A DNA stretch of 64,000 nucleotides, taken from positions 4,384,001 to 4,448,000 of the forward strand of contig CBDETY010000003.1 in assembly GCA_965243025.1 (NCBI GenBank), given 5' to 3'. This DNA is from Candidatus Latescibacterota bacterium (lineage in GTDB: Bacteria > Latescibacterota > UBA2968 > UBA8231). Positions 1 to 8,241 of the stretch are shown one piece after another; within the stretch, counting starts at the first letter, position 1; every line of letters starts with the position of its first letter. The notes under the pieces are model-generated. The model did no database searches and had not been told where the DNA came from. It worked only from the letters and a program-made list of their open reading frames with translations. A program made the position numbers and the translations under genes.

Positions 1-502
1 GCACGTTGAATAACGTCCGGTAATCGTCGCTGTCCCACCCCGGGGAGTCGCGGTCTCTGTTGCGCCACGAGGAATCAGCCCAAAGTCCTCCGCTGTGATC
101 GCCATCTATGGCGATCGCGAAAATGTCCCACGCAAACTCCTGGTCGCCGTGCTCAACGTCGGCGCCGAACTCATTGTCGTAGTGATCATCTGTGGCAGTT
201 ACCGCCACATAGAGGTGATTGGTCAGCTGCCGCCAGCCCAACCACATCACGAAGTCCAGGTCGGACGGATCGTATGCACTGATGTCGCCCCCTATCTCGA
301 AATCCGTGATGGTCAGCGCAGGCTCCCCCAGTATTTCCCACCACTCAGCGACGGTGCCATCCTGCAGGTCGATCCGGGCGGCGGCCTCCTCGGTTACCTC
401 TGGAATCGGAATGACTCGATCACTGAGCTGAGCTCGAGCTGGGCTCTGTCCTCCAGCAAACGACCCGGCGATCAGGGCAGCCGACAGGAATTGATGCCGC
501 AT
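1..502 (-). CDS. Secreted CBM9/DOMON-like hypothetical protein, running off the left window edge (not in ORF track)
   Basis: Manual translation from ATG at 502 (GGAGGAGG RBS upstream): MRHQFLSAALIAGSFAGGQSPARAQLSDRVIPIPEVTEEAAARIDLQDGTVAEW...WLGWRQLTNHLYVAVTATDD...IAIDGDHSGG; open to position 1; signal-peptide-like N-terminus. Confidence 0.75.
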   Translation of the reverse strand, partial: MRHQFLSAALIAGSFAGGQSPARAQLSDRVIPIPEVTEEAAARIDLQDGTVAEWWEILGEPALTITDFEIGGDISAYDPSDLDFVMWLGWRQLTNHLYVAVTATDDHYDNEFGADVEHGDQEFAWDIFAIAIDGDHSGGLWADSSWRNRDRDSPGWDSDDYRTLFNV

Positions 503-551
503 CTTCCACCTCCTCCAGCGGGAATCGGTTCGCCATTTTTCGGGAAGCCGT

Positions 552-1697
552 TCACCTGTCCTGCACCGACCCGTCGAAGCCGACAGGCGTATCCAGAACC
601 TTGGGTTTCTCGGGCCGAGTCAGGGCCGCTTCGTTCAGGGTGATCCCCAGGCCGGGGCCGTCGGGAACGGTGAGATAGCCGCCCGCCAGTTCCAGCGGGT
701 TCAGCAGAAGGTCGCTCTTGGGCGGTTCCGACTCTCCCGTGTACTCCTGCAAGGCGAAGTTGGGGATGCATGCGTCGAGCTGCACGCAGGCCGCGGTGCT
801 GACCGGCGACAGCGGGTTGTGGGGTATCACCTTGACGTGATGAGCCTCCGCCATGGCGGCGACCTTCTTGCATCCGGACAGCCCTCCGCACAGGCACAGG
901 TCGGGCCGGACGTAGGACGCGGCCTTCGCTTCGAGAAGCTGCTGATACTCGAAAATCGTGGTGAACCGCTCGCCGGTGGCTATCGGAATGGCGCAGTTCC
1001 GGGCGACGTCTCCCATGATCGCCGGACTGTCAGGCAGCATCGGGTCCTCGTAGAAGTAGGGGCTGAACTGCTCGAGCCGGCGTCCGAGCCAGATGCTCTC
1101 GGCCGGGGCCATCTGCCGGTGTATCTCGACGCACAGGTCCACGCCGGGCCCCACGGCCTCGCGAACCGCGCCCACCCGCCTCACCGCCTCGTCGGCCCAT
1201 TCACTGTACGAGCGGTGCAGGTAGTACCCCTCCGGGAACGGCGAGAACCGCAAGGCGGTGAAGCCCTCGCCGGCCGCCTTCAGAGCGTCCGCGGCAAGGC
1301 CCTCCGCGGTGTCGTCGTCCTCGGGCGCGTGGACGTGCATGTAGCAGCGAACGCGGTCGCGCGTCCTGCCGCCCATCAGGTCGTACACGGGAACGCCGAG
1401 CCGCTTCCCCTTGATGTCCCAGAGCGCGATGTCGATTGCGGAGAGGGCGCCCTGGACGACCGACCCCATGAAGTGAGAGCTGCGGTAGAGCCACTGGTAG
1501 TGGTGTTCGATCAGGTGCGGGTCCTTCCCGAGGAGATAGGGCTCCATGGTTTCGATCATGGTTCTGGTCGGCCGCTGCCAGCCGTGGACGCCGCCCTCCC
1601 CGATGCCGACGGTCCCGTCCTCGCAGTGAATCTTTACGAGCAGCCAGCGGTCCCAGAGAAACGTCTCCAATTTTTCAATCCTGGTCGGGCTGGGCAT
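552..1697 (-). CDS. dgoD: Mandelate racemase/enolase superfamily acid-sugar dehydratase, galactonate dehydratase-like
   Basis: SAIDIALWDIKGK, EIHR, FYEDP, IATGER, RPD, HNPLSPVSTAACVQLDACIPNFALQE motifs. Confidence 0.75.
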   Translation of the reverse strand: MPSPTRIEKLETFLWDRWLLVKIHCEDGTVGIGEGGVHGWQRPTRTMIETMEPYLLGKDPHLIEHHYQWLYRSSHFMGSVVQGALSAIDIALWDIKGKRLGVPVYDLMGGRTRDRVRCYMHVHAPEDDDTAEGLAADALKAAGEGFTALRFSPFPEGYYLHRSYSEWADEAVRRVGAVREAVGPGVDLCVEIHRQMAPAESIWLGRRLEQFSPYFYEDPMLPDSPAIMGDVARNCAIPIATGERFTTIFEYQQLLEAKAASYVRPDLCLCGGLSGCKKVAAMAEAHHVKVIPHNPLSPVSTAACVQLDACIPNFALQEYTGESEPPKSDLLLNPLELAGGYLTVPDGPGLGITLNEAALTRPEKPKVLDTPVGFDGSVQDR

Positions 1698-1762
1698 TTA
1701 TCCTTCTCCTGTGAGGGCTTGTCCGACTCTATCCTTCTTTAAATCCAAATGAGATCCAGCCT

Positions 1763-2815
1763 TCACGGCTTTTTACTGATTCGCACGGTGTCGCCTGCCG
1801 AGCAGCCAACCGTCTCCGCGGCGTTGGCGAAATTCCTGGCGATGCGCAGATAACCCGTCGCAAGGTGGAATGCGATCCAGTCGCCCCTTTCGACATCCGA
1901 ATAAGTCGTGCCGTAGAACGGCTCCGAGGTGAAATCTCCATAACTGAAGAGGAACCGCTCTCCCTTCTCGATACCAAGGCGGGAAAAATCCTCGGGGACA
2001 AACTCCGTATCGAGGCTGCTCGTCAGCCTGGCGATCCTTGCGTAAGCCCACCCGTCCCGAAAAAGGGCTACCGAGGCGGGCGGCTCGAGATACTCAGTCG
2101 CGTCGTGGAGGCGATTCAGCTCCCCTGTGTCGAGATAGGCATCCATTGCCAGAACGGCCGTCAGACGCTCACCGGGCAGCATGTTGCAATGCCCGTCGCG
2201 CACGATCCCCCAGATGGCCGGCCTGAATGCGGATGCCAGACTGCGAATGGTATAGGCGGTCACATCGGCCAGCTCGTCCTGGTTCGACAAGAAGAGGATC
2301 TGCCCTTTTGGGGCGAAGTTTATGAGGCGGCGCTTGTCCGGCTCTTTGGACACACCGAGGGCTGCGCAGACAGAGATGTAGCCGTCGTAGCCCGGTTCCC
2401 CGCCGGACCGTTCGGCCAGCCGAACCACTATCTGTCCACCCATGGAACTGCCCAGCACGACAGTCCGCTTCGGGGCGCCATACTTCGAAGCGATGATTTC
2501 ATAAAGGTTGTCCAGATCAGCCATGGCGTCATCAATTATCCAGCCGTTTCGCCTGTAGCTCGTGATTGCCAGCATCCACCCGTCCTTCAACAATGCAGCA
2601 TTCATTTCGGTGGTGATGCTCAAGTTTGCGGTCAGGGGCTGTTCCTTGGGGCGGTACCCAGGCGCGTACAGAAGCAACTTTCCGTTGTGCTCGGGGGGTA
2701 TTGCGATTTGATACCTGGCTCCTTCGACCGCGCCACTGTCGATGACTGCGGTTTCACTCCCTCCAATTTCCAATGGCGCCAGACAGGTCAGGGCCAAAGC
2801 TATCAGACAATGCAT
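1763..2815 (-). CDS. Secreted alpha/beta hydrolase fused to a SAM-hydroxide-adenosyltransferase C-terminal-like domain
   Basis: ATG 2815 with GGAGAGG RBS; signal peptide MHCLIALALTCLAPLE; nucleophile elbow GSSMGG and His in DGHC; C-terminus TYSDVERGDWIAFHLATGYLRIARNFANAAETVGCSAGDTVRI. Confidence 0.7.
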   Translation of the reverse strand: MHCLIALALTCLAPLEIGGSETAVIDSGAVEGARYQIAIPPEHNGKLLLYAPGYRPKEQPLTANLSITTEMNAALLKDGWMLAITSYRRNGWIIDDAMADLDNLYEIIASKYGAPKRTVVLGSSMGGQIVVRLAERSGGEPGYDGYISVCAALGVSKEPDKRRLINFAPKGQILFLSNQDELADVTAYTIRSLASAFRPAIWGIVRDGHCNMLPGERLTAVLAMDAYLDTGELNRLHDATEYLEPPASVALFRDGWAYARIARLTSSLDTEFVPEDFSRLGIEKGERFLFSYGDFTSEPFYGTTYSDVERGDWIAFHLATGYLRIARNFANAAETVGCSAGDTVRISKKP

Positions 2816-3069
2816 GATTCTTACCTCTCCCACAGATCCACGGTTGCCGGGGGTCAAAGGAAGATCAGCGGCTCATTCTTTCGCAACTGATGGCTTCTCG
2901 GAACCACGACCTTTCCAAAAACGCCGGGACTCGAGCATCTCTGCGCCGACATTCCCGGTACGTTTGGGTGCAGCGGCGGTTCCTCCCGGGCATGAAAAAG
3001 CGCCCGACGTCTCGCTGGCATCGGGCGCTTAACAGATCCGGATTGAGTTTCGAGTCGCTGCCGGGCATC

Positions 3070-4263
3070 TCAGACCGGTTTCAGCCACTCCTCGGGCACC
3101 TGAAGTCCGAAGCCGGGCCCCGGCGGCAGCCCGAGTTTGCCGTTTTCCGGCATCGGTGTTCCCGGCGGCGTTCGATAGCTGCCTCGTCCCGATTCCGAAG
3201 GCGACCCCAGGTAGCACTCCTGCAACGGCACGCCCGGCGGCGATGCCTGAAACATCTCGATCAACGGCGTGTTGGGCATGGCGGCCGTCCAGTGCTGTCC
3301 GTACGGATTGTTGGCGCCGGTGTGCAGACACATCGGAACGCCGGCCGCGTCCGCAAAGTGCGCCAGCTTCATCGCCTCGGTAAAACCGCCGATCCAGAGG
3401 AGGTCTGCCTGAACGAGGTCAATCAGGCTCTCCTCCACCGCCCGCATCCCGGGCCAGCGCGTCGCCCAGTGCTCTCCGGTGGCAAGGGTCTGCCAGGGAA
3501 CGCGCCGGCGCACCGCTTTCAGCCCCTTCCAGTCGTGCGGGACCAGCATCTCCTCCATCCACCGCATCCGGTAGGGGCGCAGGGCTTCGCACATCTGCAC
3601 GGCGTAATCGGCGTCGTAAGCCATCCAGCAGTCGAGCATCAAGTCCGCGTCCGGACCGATCAGCTCGCGGGTCCTGGCGATCAGTTCGACAGTGCCGTCG
3701 ATGCCGGCCTGCCCGTCGTAGACGCCGTGAGGCCGAGCCAGCTTGAACTTCCTGAACCCGAGTTCCAGACTCCAGTCCACGTCGTTGCCCGTCACATACA
3801 CATCCATGGAACGGCGCGCGGGTCCCCCGGCGAGCCGATAGACCGGTTGATCCAGGGTCTTGCCCCACAGATCCCACAACGCCAGATCCACCCCGGCCAC
3901 CGCGCGGGCGGTCAGACCTTCGTTTCCGAAAGAAAGCGTCCCCCGCCACATCAGATCGTTGCAAAGGTCGATCGCACCCACCTCCTGCCCGACAACCAGC
4001 GGCGCGAGACACTCCTCGATGAGGATCGCCGCCACGTGGCCGGTGTCGGCAAGCCCCAGGCCCCAGGTTCCGTCATCGGCAGTGACCTTGACCCACACCA
4101 GTCCGCCGGGCTCCCGTCGACGGACCTGCTGGTCGAACCGGTCCAGGGGGGTCGCCTGGACGAACGTCTGCCCCCATGACGGGCGGCGGGCCGGCGTCCC
4201 TTCCTCGCTCGGGGGCGGCGGTTGCAGTTTACATACCTGTATGTCGACTATCCTGCTGGCCAT
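3070..4263 (-). CDS. Enolase superfamily dehydratase, L-rhamnonate dehydratase-like
   Basis: GVDLALWDLWGK, KFKL, LMLDCWMA, WMEE, ATGEHW, DLLWIGGFTE motifs. Confidence 0.8.
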   Translation of the reverse strand: MASRIVDIQVCKLQPPPPSEEGTPARRPSWGQTFVQATPLDRFDQQVRRREPGGLVWVKVTADDGTWGLGLADTGHVAAILIEECLAPLVVGQEVGAIDLCNDLMWRGTLSFGNEGLTARAVAGVDLALWDLWGKTLDQPVYRLAGGPARRSMDVYVTGNDVDWSLELGFRKFKLARPHGVYDGQAGIDGTVELIARTRELIGPDADLMLDCWMAYDADYAVQMCEALRPYRMRWMEEMLVPHDWKGLKAVRRRVPWQTLATGEHWATRWPGMRAVEESLIDLVQADLLWIGGFTEAMKLAHFADAAGVPMCLHTGANNPYGQHWTAAMPNTPLIEMFQASPPGVPLQECYLGSPSESGRGSYRTPPGTPMPENGKLGLPPGPGFGLQVPEEWLKPV

Positions 4264-4293
4264 TCAATTCCCTTCGTTCAGGTTCGTCGTTGT

Positions 4294-5142
4294 TTACCGG
4301 ACGCTGCCCGGCTCCAGCTCTTTCAACCGAATCGAACCATTCGTCGTCTTCAAATCAATCAGTCTCCCGCCGCCGTTTATTGTTCCGTCGACCGACTTCC
4401 CGATCCGGCCCTTCACCGCAACAGGAAAATCCGAATCGATACTCCCGTTTACCGTGGATGCTTTCAGGTGCGCCTTCAGCCCCCTGGGCAGCGAAACCTC
4501 GATGCCGCCGTTTGTCGTTGAGGCCCGGATATCATGGGGTCCCTCGCTGAGTTCGGAAATCACCACCTCGATCTTTCCGTTCGTGGCATTGGCCCCTATC
4601 CGTCCCAGGACCTCCGACAGATCGACCTTGCCGTTCGTGGTCCTGGCCTTGACCACCCCGGTTATCCCAGCAAGCTCAATGCGGCCGTTGGTCGTCTTCG
4701 CATCCACCCCGCCTGAAACATCTTTGGCCTGTATGCCTCCATTGACCGATCTCAACTTCAGGTCGATCTCCTCGGGAACCGTCAATGTGTAGGCCACACT
4801 GACGTTCCGCTTCCGTTTCGGTTGGGCTACTTCCGTGCGGATGTCAATCAGGTTCCCGGTACGGTCGAACTTCACCGTGGTCTCCTCCAGCAGCTGCCTT
4901 GCTTCTTCCTCGCTGCCGGCACCTGCCCGCTTCTCCGCCTTCATCGTCACCTCGTGCCGGTCCCAGGTGCCGACGGATATAGCTCCGTTCACGTTGACAA
5001 GCGACAGCCGTCCTCCCGGCTGAAATTCGACCGAGCGCTCAACGACCTCCTCCGCATACTCGCTGGCCCCTTCTCCGACACCCCAGCCGGCAGCCGGGAG
5101 AAGAACGCCTGGAATGGTGGCAAGGATATAAATCGGCTTCAT
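4294..5142 (-). CDS. DUF4097-type beta-strand repeat (putative adhesin) protein
   Basis: Signal peptide; repeated xTTNGxI/xSVNGxI units. Confidence 0.8.
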   Translation of the reverse strand: MKPIYILATIPGVLLPAAGWGVGEGASEYAEEVVERSVEFQPGGRLSLVNVNGAISVGTWDRHEVTMKAEKRAGAGSEEEARQLLEETTVKFDRTGNLIDIRTEVAQPKRKRNVSVAYTLTVPEEIDLKLRSVNGGIQAKDVSGGVDAKTTNGRIELAGITGVVKARTTNGKVDLSEVLGRIGANATNGKIEVVISELSEGPHDIRASTTNGGIEVSLPRGLKAHLKASTVNGSIDSDFPVAVKGRIGKSVDGTINGGGRLIDLKTTNGSIRLKELEPGSVR

Positions 5143-5213
5143 ATAGGAATTCGCTCCTTTCTCATCGACCCCGGACCCGTTCTCCGGCTCTGCCAGCCTT
5201 ACGCCAAGTGGGC

Positions 5214-6134
5214 TTACTCATCGAAAAACGGGTATGGCTCCCCTGCCTCCTCAAGCCTCTGCAGCAAGCTCGAGTACTTCAACACTTCCGTGAGCCGGCT
5301 CCGCCAATACGGGGAGTAGAATTCGACGAACTCCCGGAAGAACGCCCGGGCATGCTCGTTCACGCCATTCAAGTATTGCGGCATCAGGAACCACGGCTGG
5401 TCGCAGCTGTAATCCAGTCCCCGCCGGCGGATCGAGAACTGGGCGGCGGCCCGTTTTTTCACCGAGATCATCATCGTGCGCCTGAGTTTGTCCGCGTGAT
5501 AGCGGCCGCGATGGATGCACAACTGGGTAAACATCGCCGCGTCGCCGGGTTCGAGGTGGAGGCGAACCGCTCCCGGCATGTCATTCGACCGATTGTGAAT
5601 CTCGCCGTCGGCGACGCAAATCGCGTGCTCTTCGGGGGAGTATTCACGCAAGTGCGACCCCGGCACCAGTTCGAGATCGTCGGAAGGAACCAGCGCAATC
5701 TGCATCTGCAATCCCGCGCCGGTTTCCCTGATCCGGGATACGTCGGCTTCTTCGCCGATTTTGTCCTTGTGCCAGAACCCGTCCTGACTCTCCAACGCCG
5801 GATTGAAGTAGAGGCTGGCCATGGCGAACAGGTACTCTTCCTCCAAGGCCGTGGTCAGTGGTTCGACAACCTGGGGGGCTCCTATGGCATTGAGCAGAAA
5901 GGCGAGATCGTCGGGATGACCGCGGTGGTATTCCGGGTCGTTCAGGTGCCTCATGTAATTCGCCCGGGGGCTGACAGGTGGATTGTCGGAGCGCGGCGCC
6001 CGCCGCCACTGTTCCAGCACCCGCTCACAGATCCCGCGCAGCCGCTCAGTTGTTGCGGCGTCGAACAATCCACGCACGACGGCATAGCTGCACTCGCGCA
6101 GCTGCGCCGGTCCTGGTTCGATTTCCACTGTCAT
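5214..6134 (-). CDS. Phytanoyl-CoA dioxygenase (PhyH) family Fe/2OG oxygenase
   Basis: WHKD HxD motif, LELVPGSH, distal His in CIHRG; likely start MTVEIEP at 6134. Confidence 0.8.
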   Translation of the reverse strand: MTVEIEPGPAQLRECSYAVVRGLFDAATTERLRGICERVLEQWRRAPRSDNPPVSPRANYMRHLNDPEYHRGHPDDLAFLLNAIGAPQVVEPLTTALEEEYLFAMASLYFNPALESQDGFWHKDKIGEEADVSRIRETGAGLQMQIALVPSDDLELVPGSHLREYSPEEHAICVADGEIHNRSNDMPGAVRLHLEPGDAAMFTQLCIHRGRYHADKLRRTMMISVKKRAAAQFSIRRRGLDYSCDQPWFLMPQYLNGVNEHARAFFREFVEFYSPYWRSRLTEVLKYSSLLQRLEEAGEPYPFFDE

Positions 6135-6450
6135 TTTCGTCCTTCCGCGTTGTCGTTGAGAAAATCCGAGGCCATGGGACCCGGGTAGACCCCGAACTGA
6201 AACGCCATATGGTCCCTCGTGCCGCATTCACCGGTACCCGGCTTGAGCCCCCTCAGTTCGGTCATCAGGTGCTGTCGTTCACTAGAAATCGAGCGGATGT
6301 AAGGGAAGTGATTGCCACTGCGGAAGGTTATCTCGATGCCGTCCAGGTGGAAACGACGGGAGAATTCCTCAATCGCCCCGAAATGGAAGTCCCTCACCTC
6401 GCGGAAACGAGAAATCGAGCGTGCCCGGCTTGGTCAGCGGCCCCGCCGGC
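6131..6450 (-). pseudogene. Frameshifted remnant of a GHL10-like glycoside hydrolase-like gene
   Basis: PGTLDFSFP, then after a 1-nt frameshift EVRDFHFGAIEEFSRRFHLDGIEITFR; matches the family pattern of the intact 45278-46819 protein (EDYARAEVREERLRLIEEVMSYGPCGLEMD). Confidence 0.55.
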
Positions 6451-6547
6451 GGGAGGGATCGGTCTTGGTCCCGGCGGTCTCGAAGGCATTGGTCGTCGCT
6501 CTCCTTTGATTTGCGAAAGTCACCGCGCCGGAGAACCCTGGGGCGAA

Positions 6548-7063
6548 TCAGAACAACTGTGTCTGCTCGTCCGGTGGAATCGGTAGGTCGTAGGTCCTGA
6601 TCACTTTGAAGTTCAGTGACTCTCCCAGCTTCCCCAAGTCGGCGTCATCAGAGTAGATCGTGGTTTCACCTTCAACCCGGGCAATGGCAACTATCTGCCT
6701 ATCGAACTTTAACGAAGCCCGGGTGCTGCTGGCACCCACGCGAAAACTCTGCCCAGTTGATCCTTCTCGAGTAATGGCGGCGAGCTCGATGGCAGCACGT
6801 TGGTCGAAAGGGGCAATGCGGAAACGGGAAGTGTTGTTGAGAACTTCGAGATAACTGGCCACCGCGTCGTTGGCGTGTACGAGGACTTCACCAAGTGCCG
6901 GCGTAGGAACGATGATCCGTTCACGCTTCTGCTCCAACGTCTGAACGAGATTGTCGATCCGGGCCTTGGCATCGGCCAAAGGTTTCTGAGTTGCTGGATC
7001 GGTGATAGCAGGGGCGGCTGGCTCCAGAAGGTGAATCAGGGCCGTGGCATCGAATACAGCCAT
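6548..7063 (-). CDS. PIN-domain putative ribonuclease/toxin
   Basis: MAVFDATALI (PIN Asp1), IVPTPALGEVL (Glu), KFDRQIVAIA, IYSDDADL; ATG overlaps the upstream stop (TGATG). Confidence 0.8.
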   Translation of the reverse strand: MAVFDATALIHLLEPAAPAITDPATQKPLADAKARIDNLVQTLEQKRERIIVPTPALGEVLVHANDAVASYLEVLNNTSRFRIAPFDQRAAIELAAITREGSTGQSFRVGASSTRASLKFDRQIVAIARVEGETTIYSDDADLGKLGESLNFKVIRTYDLPIPPDEQTQLF

Positions 7064-7812
7064 CAGTGACTGTTTTCGGCCTCTTCCCGCAAGCGCTGGA
7101 GTTCTGCCAGGGGATTGTCGATGTCCCGCCAGCCACTGCCTTGGACCTCGCGGAGTTGCTGTACAACCTCGGGGAGAGGCCTGTCGTCCAGGACCTCGAA
7201 ATCTTTTATGTCGAAACGCAACAGGATCCACTTGCCCTCCTCATCGCGTTTCCAACGACCGTTGCCGACAACACGAATCGTTCCGCTGAAAAGGTGAGGT
7301 GCCAAGCGTCGGGCCATCTCCCTGGTCGCGTTGCAACTATGGACTACATCGCCGTCCAGCAGGTGTACCGGAACGGTCTCATCCCTGCCGCCTACACGGA
7401 TCAAAGTCCCGTCAAAGACCCCGTCCTGCCGGAATGGGCCAAACGTCGGGGGCTGCGTCCTTTCCGGACCAGGGAATAACAGAATCTCGGTCCCGTCAGT
7501 TTCCCGGAGGCTTGCCGTTGCGCCGTCTTCAGCCAAGCGGCGGTCAATCGCCCTGTATGGCTTCGCAATATCTTCCGGGGCGTGGGCGTCTCCGGCAATA
7601 CTCAGACGTTCCTGGACCGCTGCAACCGCATCCCCGTCTACATGCTGAACAAGGACCGTACTCCCGGGTTCAAGACGATCGAAATGGACATGTTCGTCCT
7701 CGCCGAACAACTGGGCTAGTTCAGCCATGTATTCCGCCAGCCGAGCCATGGGAAACTCCCCCGGTTCCCAAGCATCGATGACGAAGCGAAAGGTGTGCTG
7801 TGGATCACTCAC
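7063..7812 (-). CDS. Hypothetical protein, PIN partner (possible C-terminal OB-like beta domain)
   Basis: 249-aa ORF with AAAGGAG RBS; FPMARLAEYMAELAQLFG N-terminus; beta-rich C-half (FDGTLIRVGG...IRVVGNGRW); coupled to the PIN gene. Confidence 0.75.
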   Translation of the reverse strand: MSDPQHTFRFVIDAWEPGEFPMARLAEYMAELAQLFGEDEHVHFDRLEPGSTVLVQHVDGDAVAAVQERLSIAGDAHAPEDIAKPYRAIDRRLAEDGATASLRETDGTEILLFPGPERTQPPTFGPFRQDGVFDGTLIRVGGRDETVPVHLLDGDVVHSCNATREMARRLAPHLFSGTIRVVGNGRWKRDEEGKWILLRFDIKDFEVLDDRPLPEVVQQLREVQGSGWRDIDNPLAELQRLREEAENSH

Positions 7813-8241
7813 GTTTTATCTCCTTTACGGTCCACCCTGCACCAGTTCGGATTCGGTAGAGATCAATCGGTTTCGGTAACGGCCCCGGGGGTTCCCGCGT
7901 CCGTCCATGGTTTGATCGCCTCTGCAGAACCGCCAGCCAGTGTCAAGAACCTAGAATCAGTTCGCTTCCGGTCAAAGGTAGACCAGTCCTACCGGCCCCC
8001 AATACAAAGAAGATGGTGACCGGGTCGGCTCAGCATTTACAGATAGTGGGTCGAAGCACTGTCCCGGCTTCTGATGCTCGCGGCACCCCCGAAACACCCC
8101 GACACACCAACAATAAATACTGCTGATTCACCGCAACGGCCGATTTCATGCCGGATTCCTTGAAGCCCCCCGGCCGCGCCGGTAGATTTCCAACACTCCC
8201 GACACCCCGGCCTCCAGAGCACCCGTAACCCACTACGGCTC

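Noticed and set aside
7813-8241. Purine/ZTP/PRPP riboswitch upstream of purL
   Set aside because: No recognisable consensus by eye; an Rfam scan would be needed.
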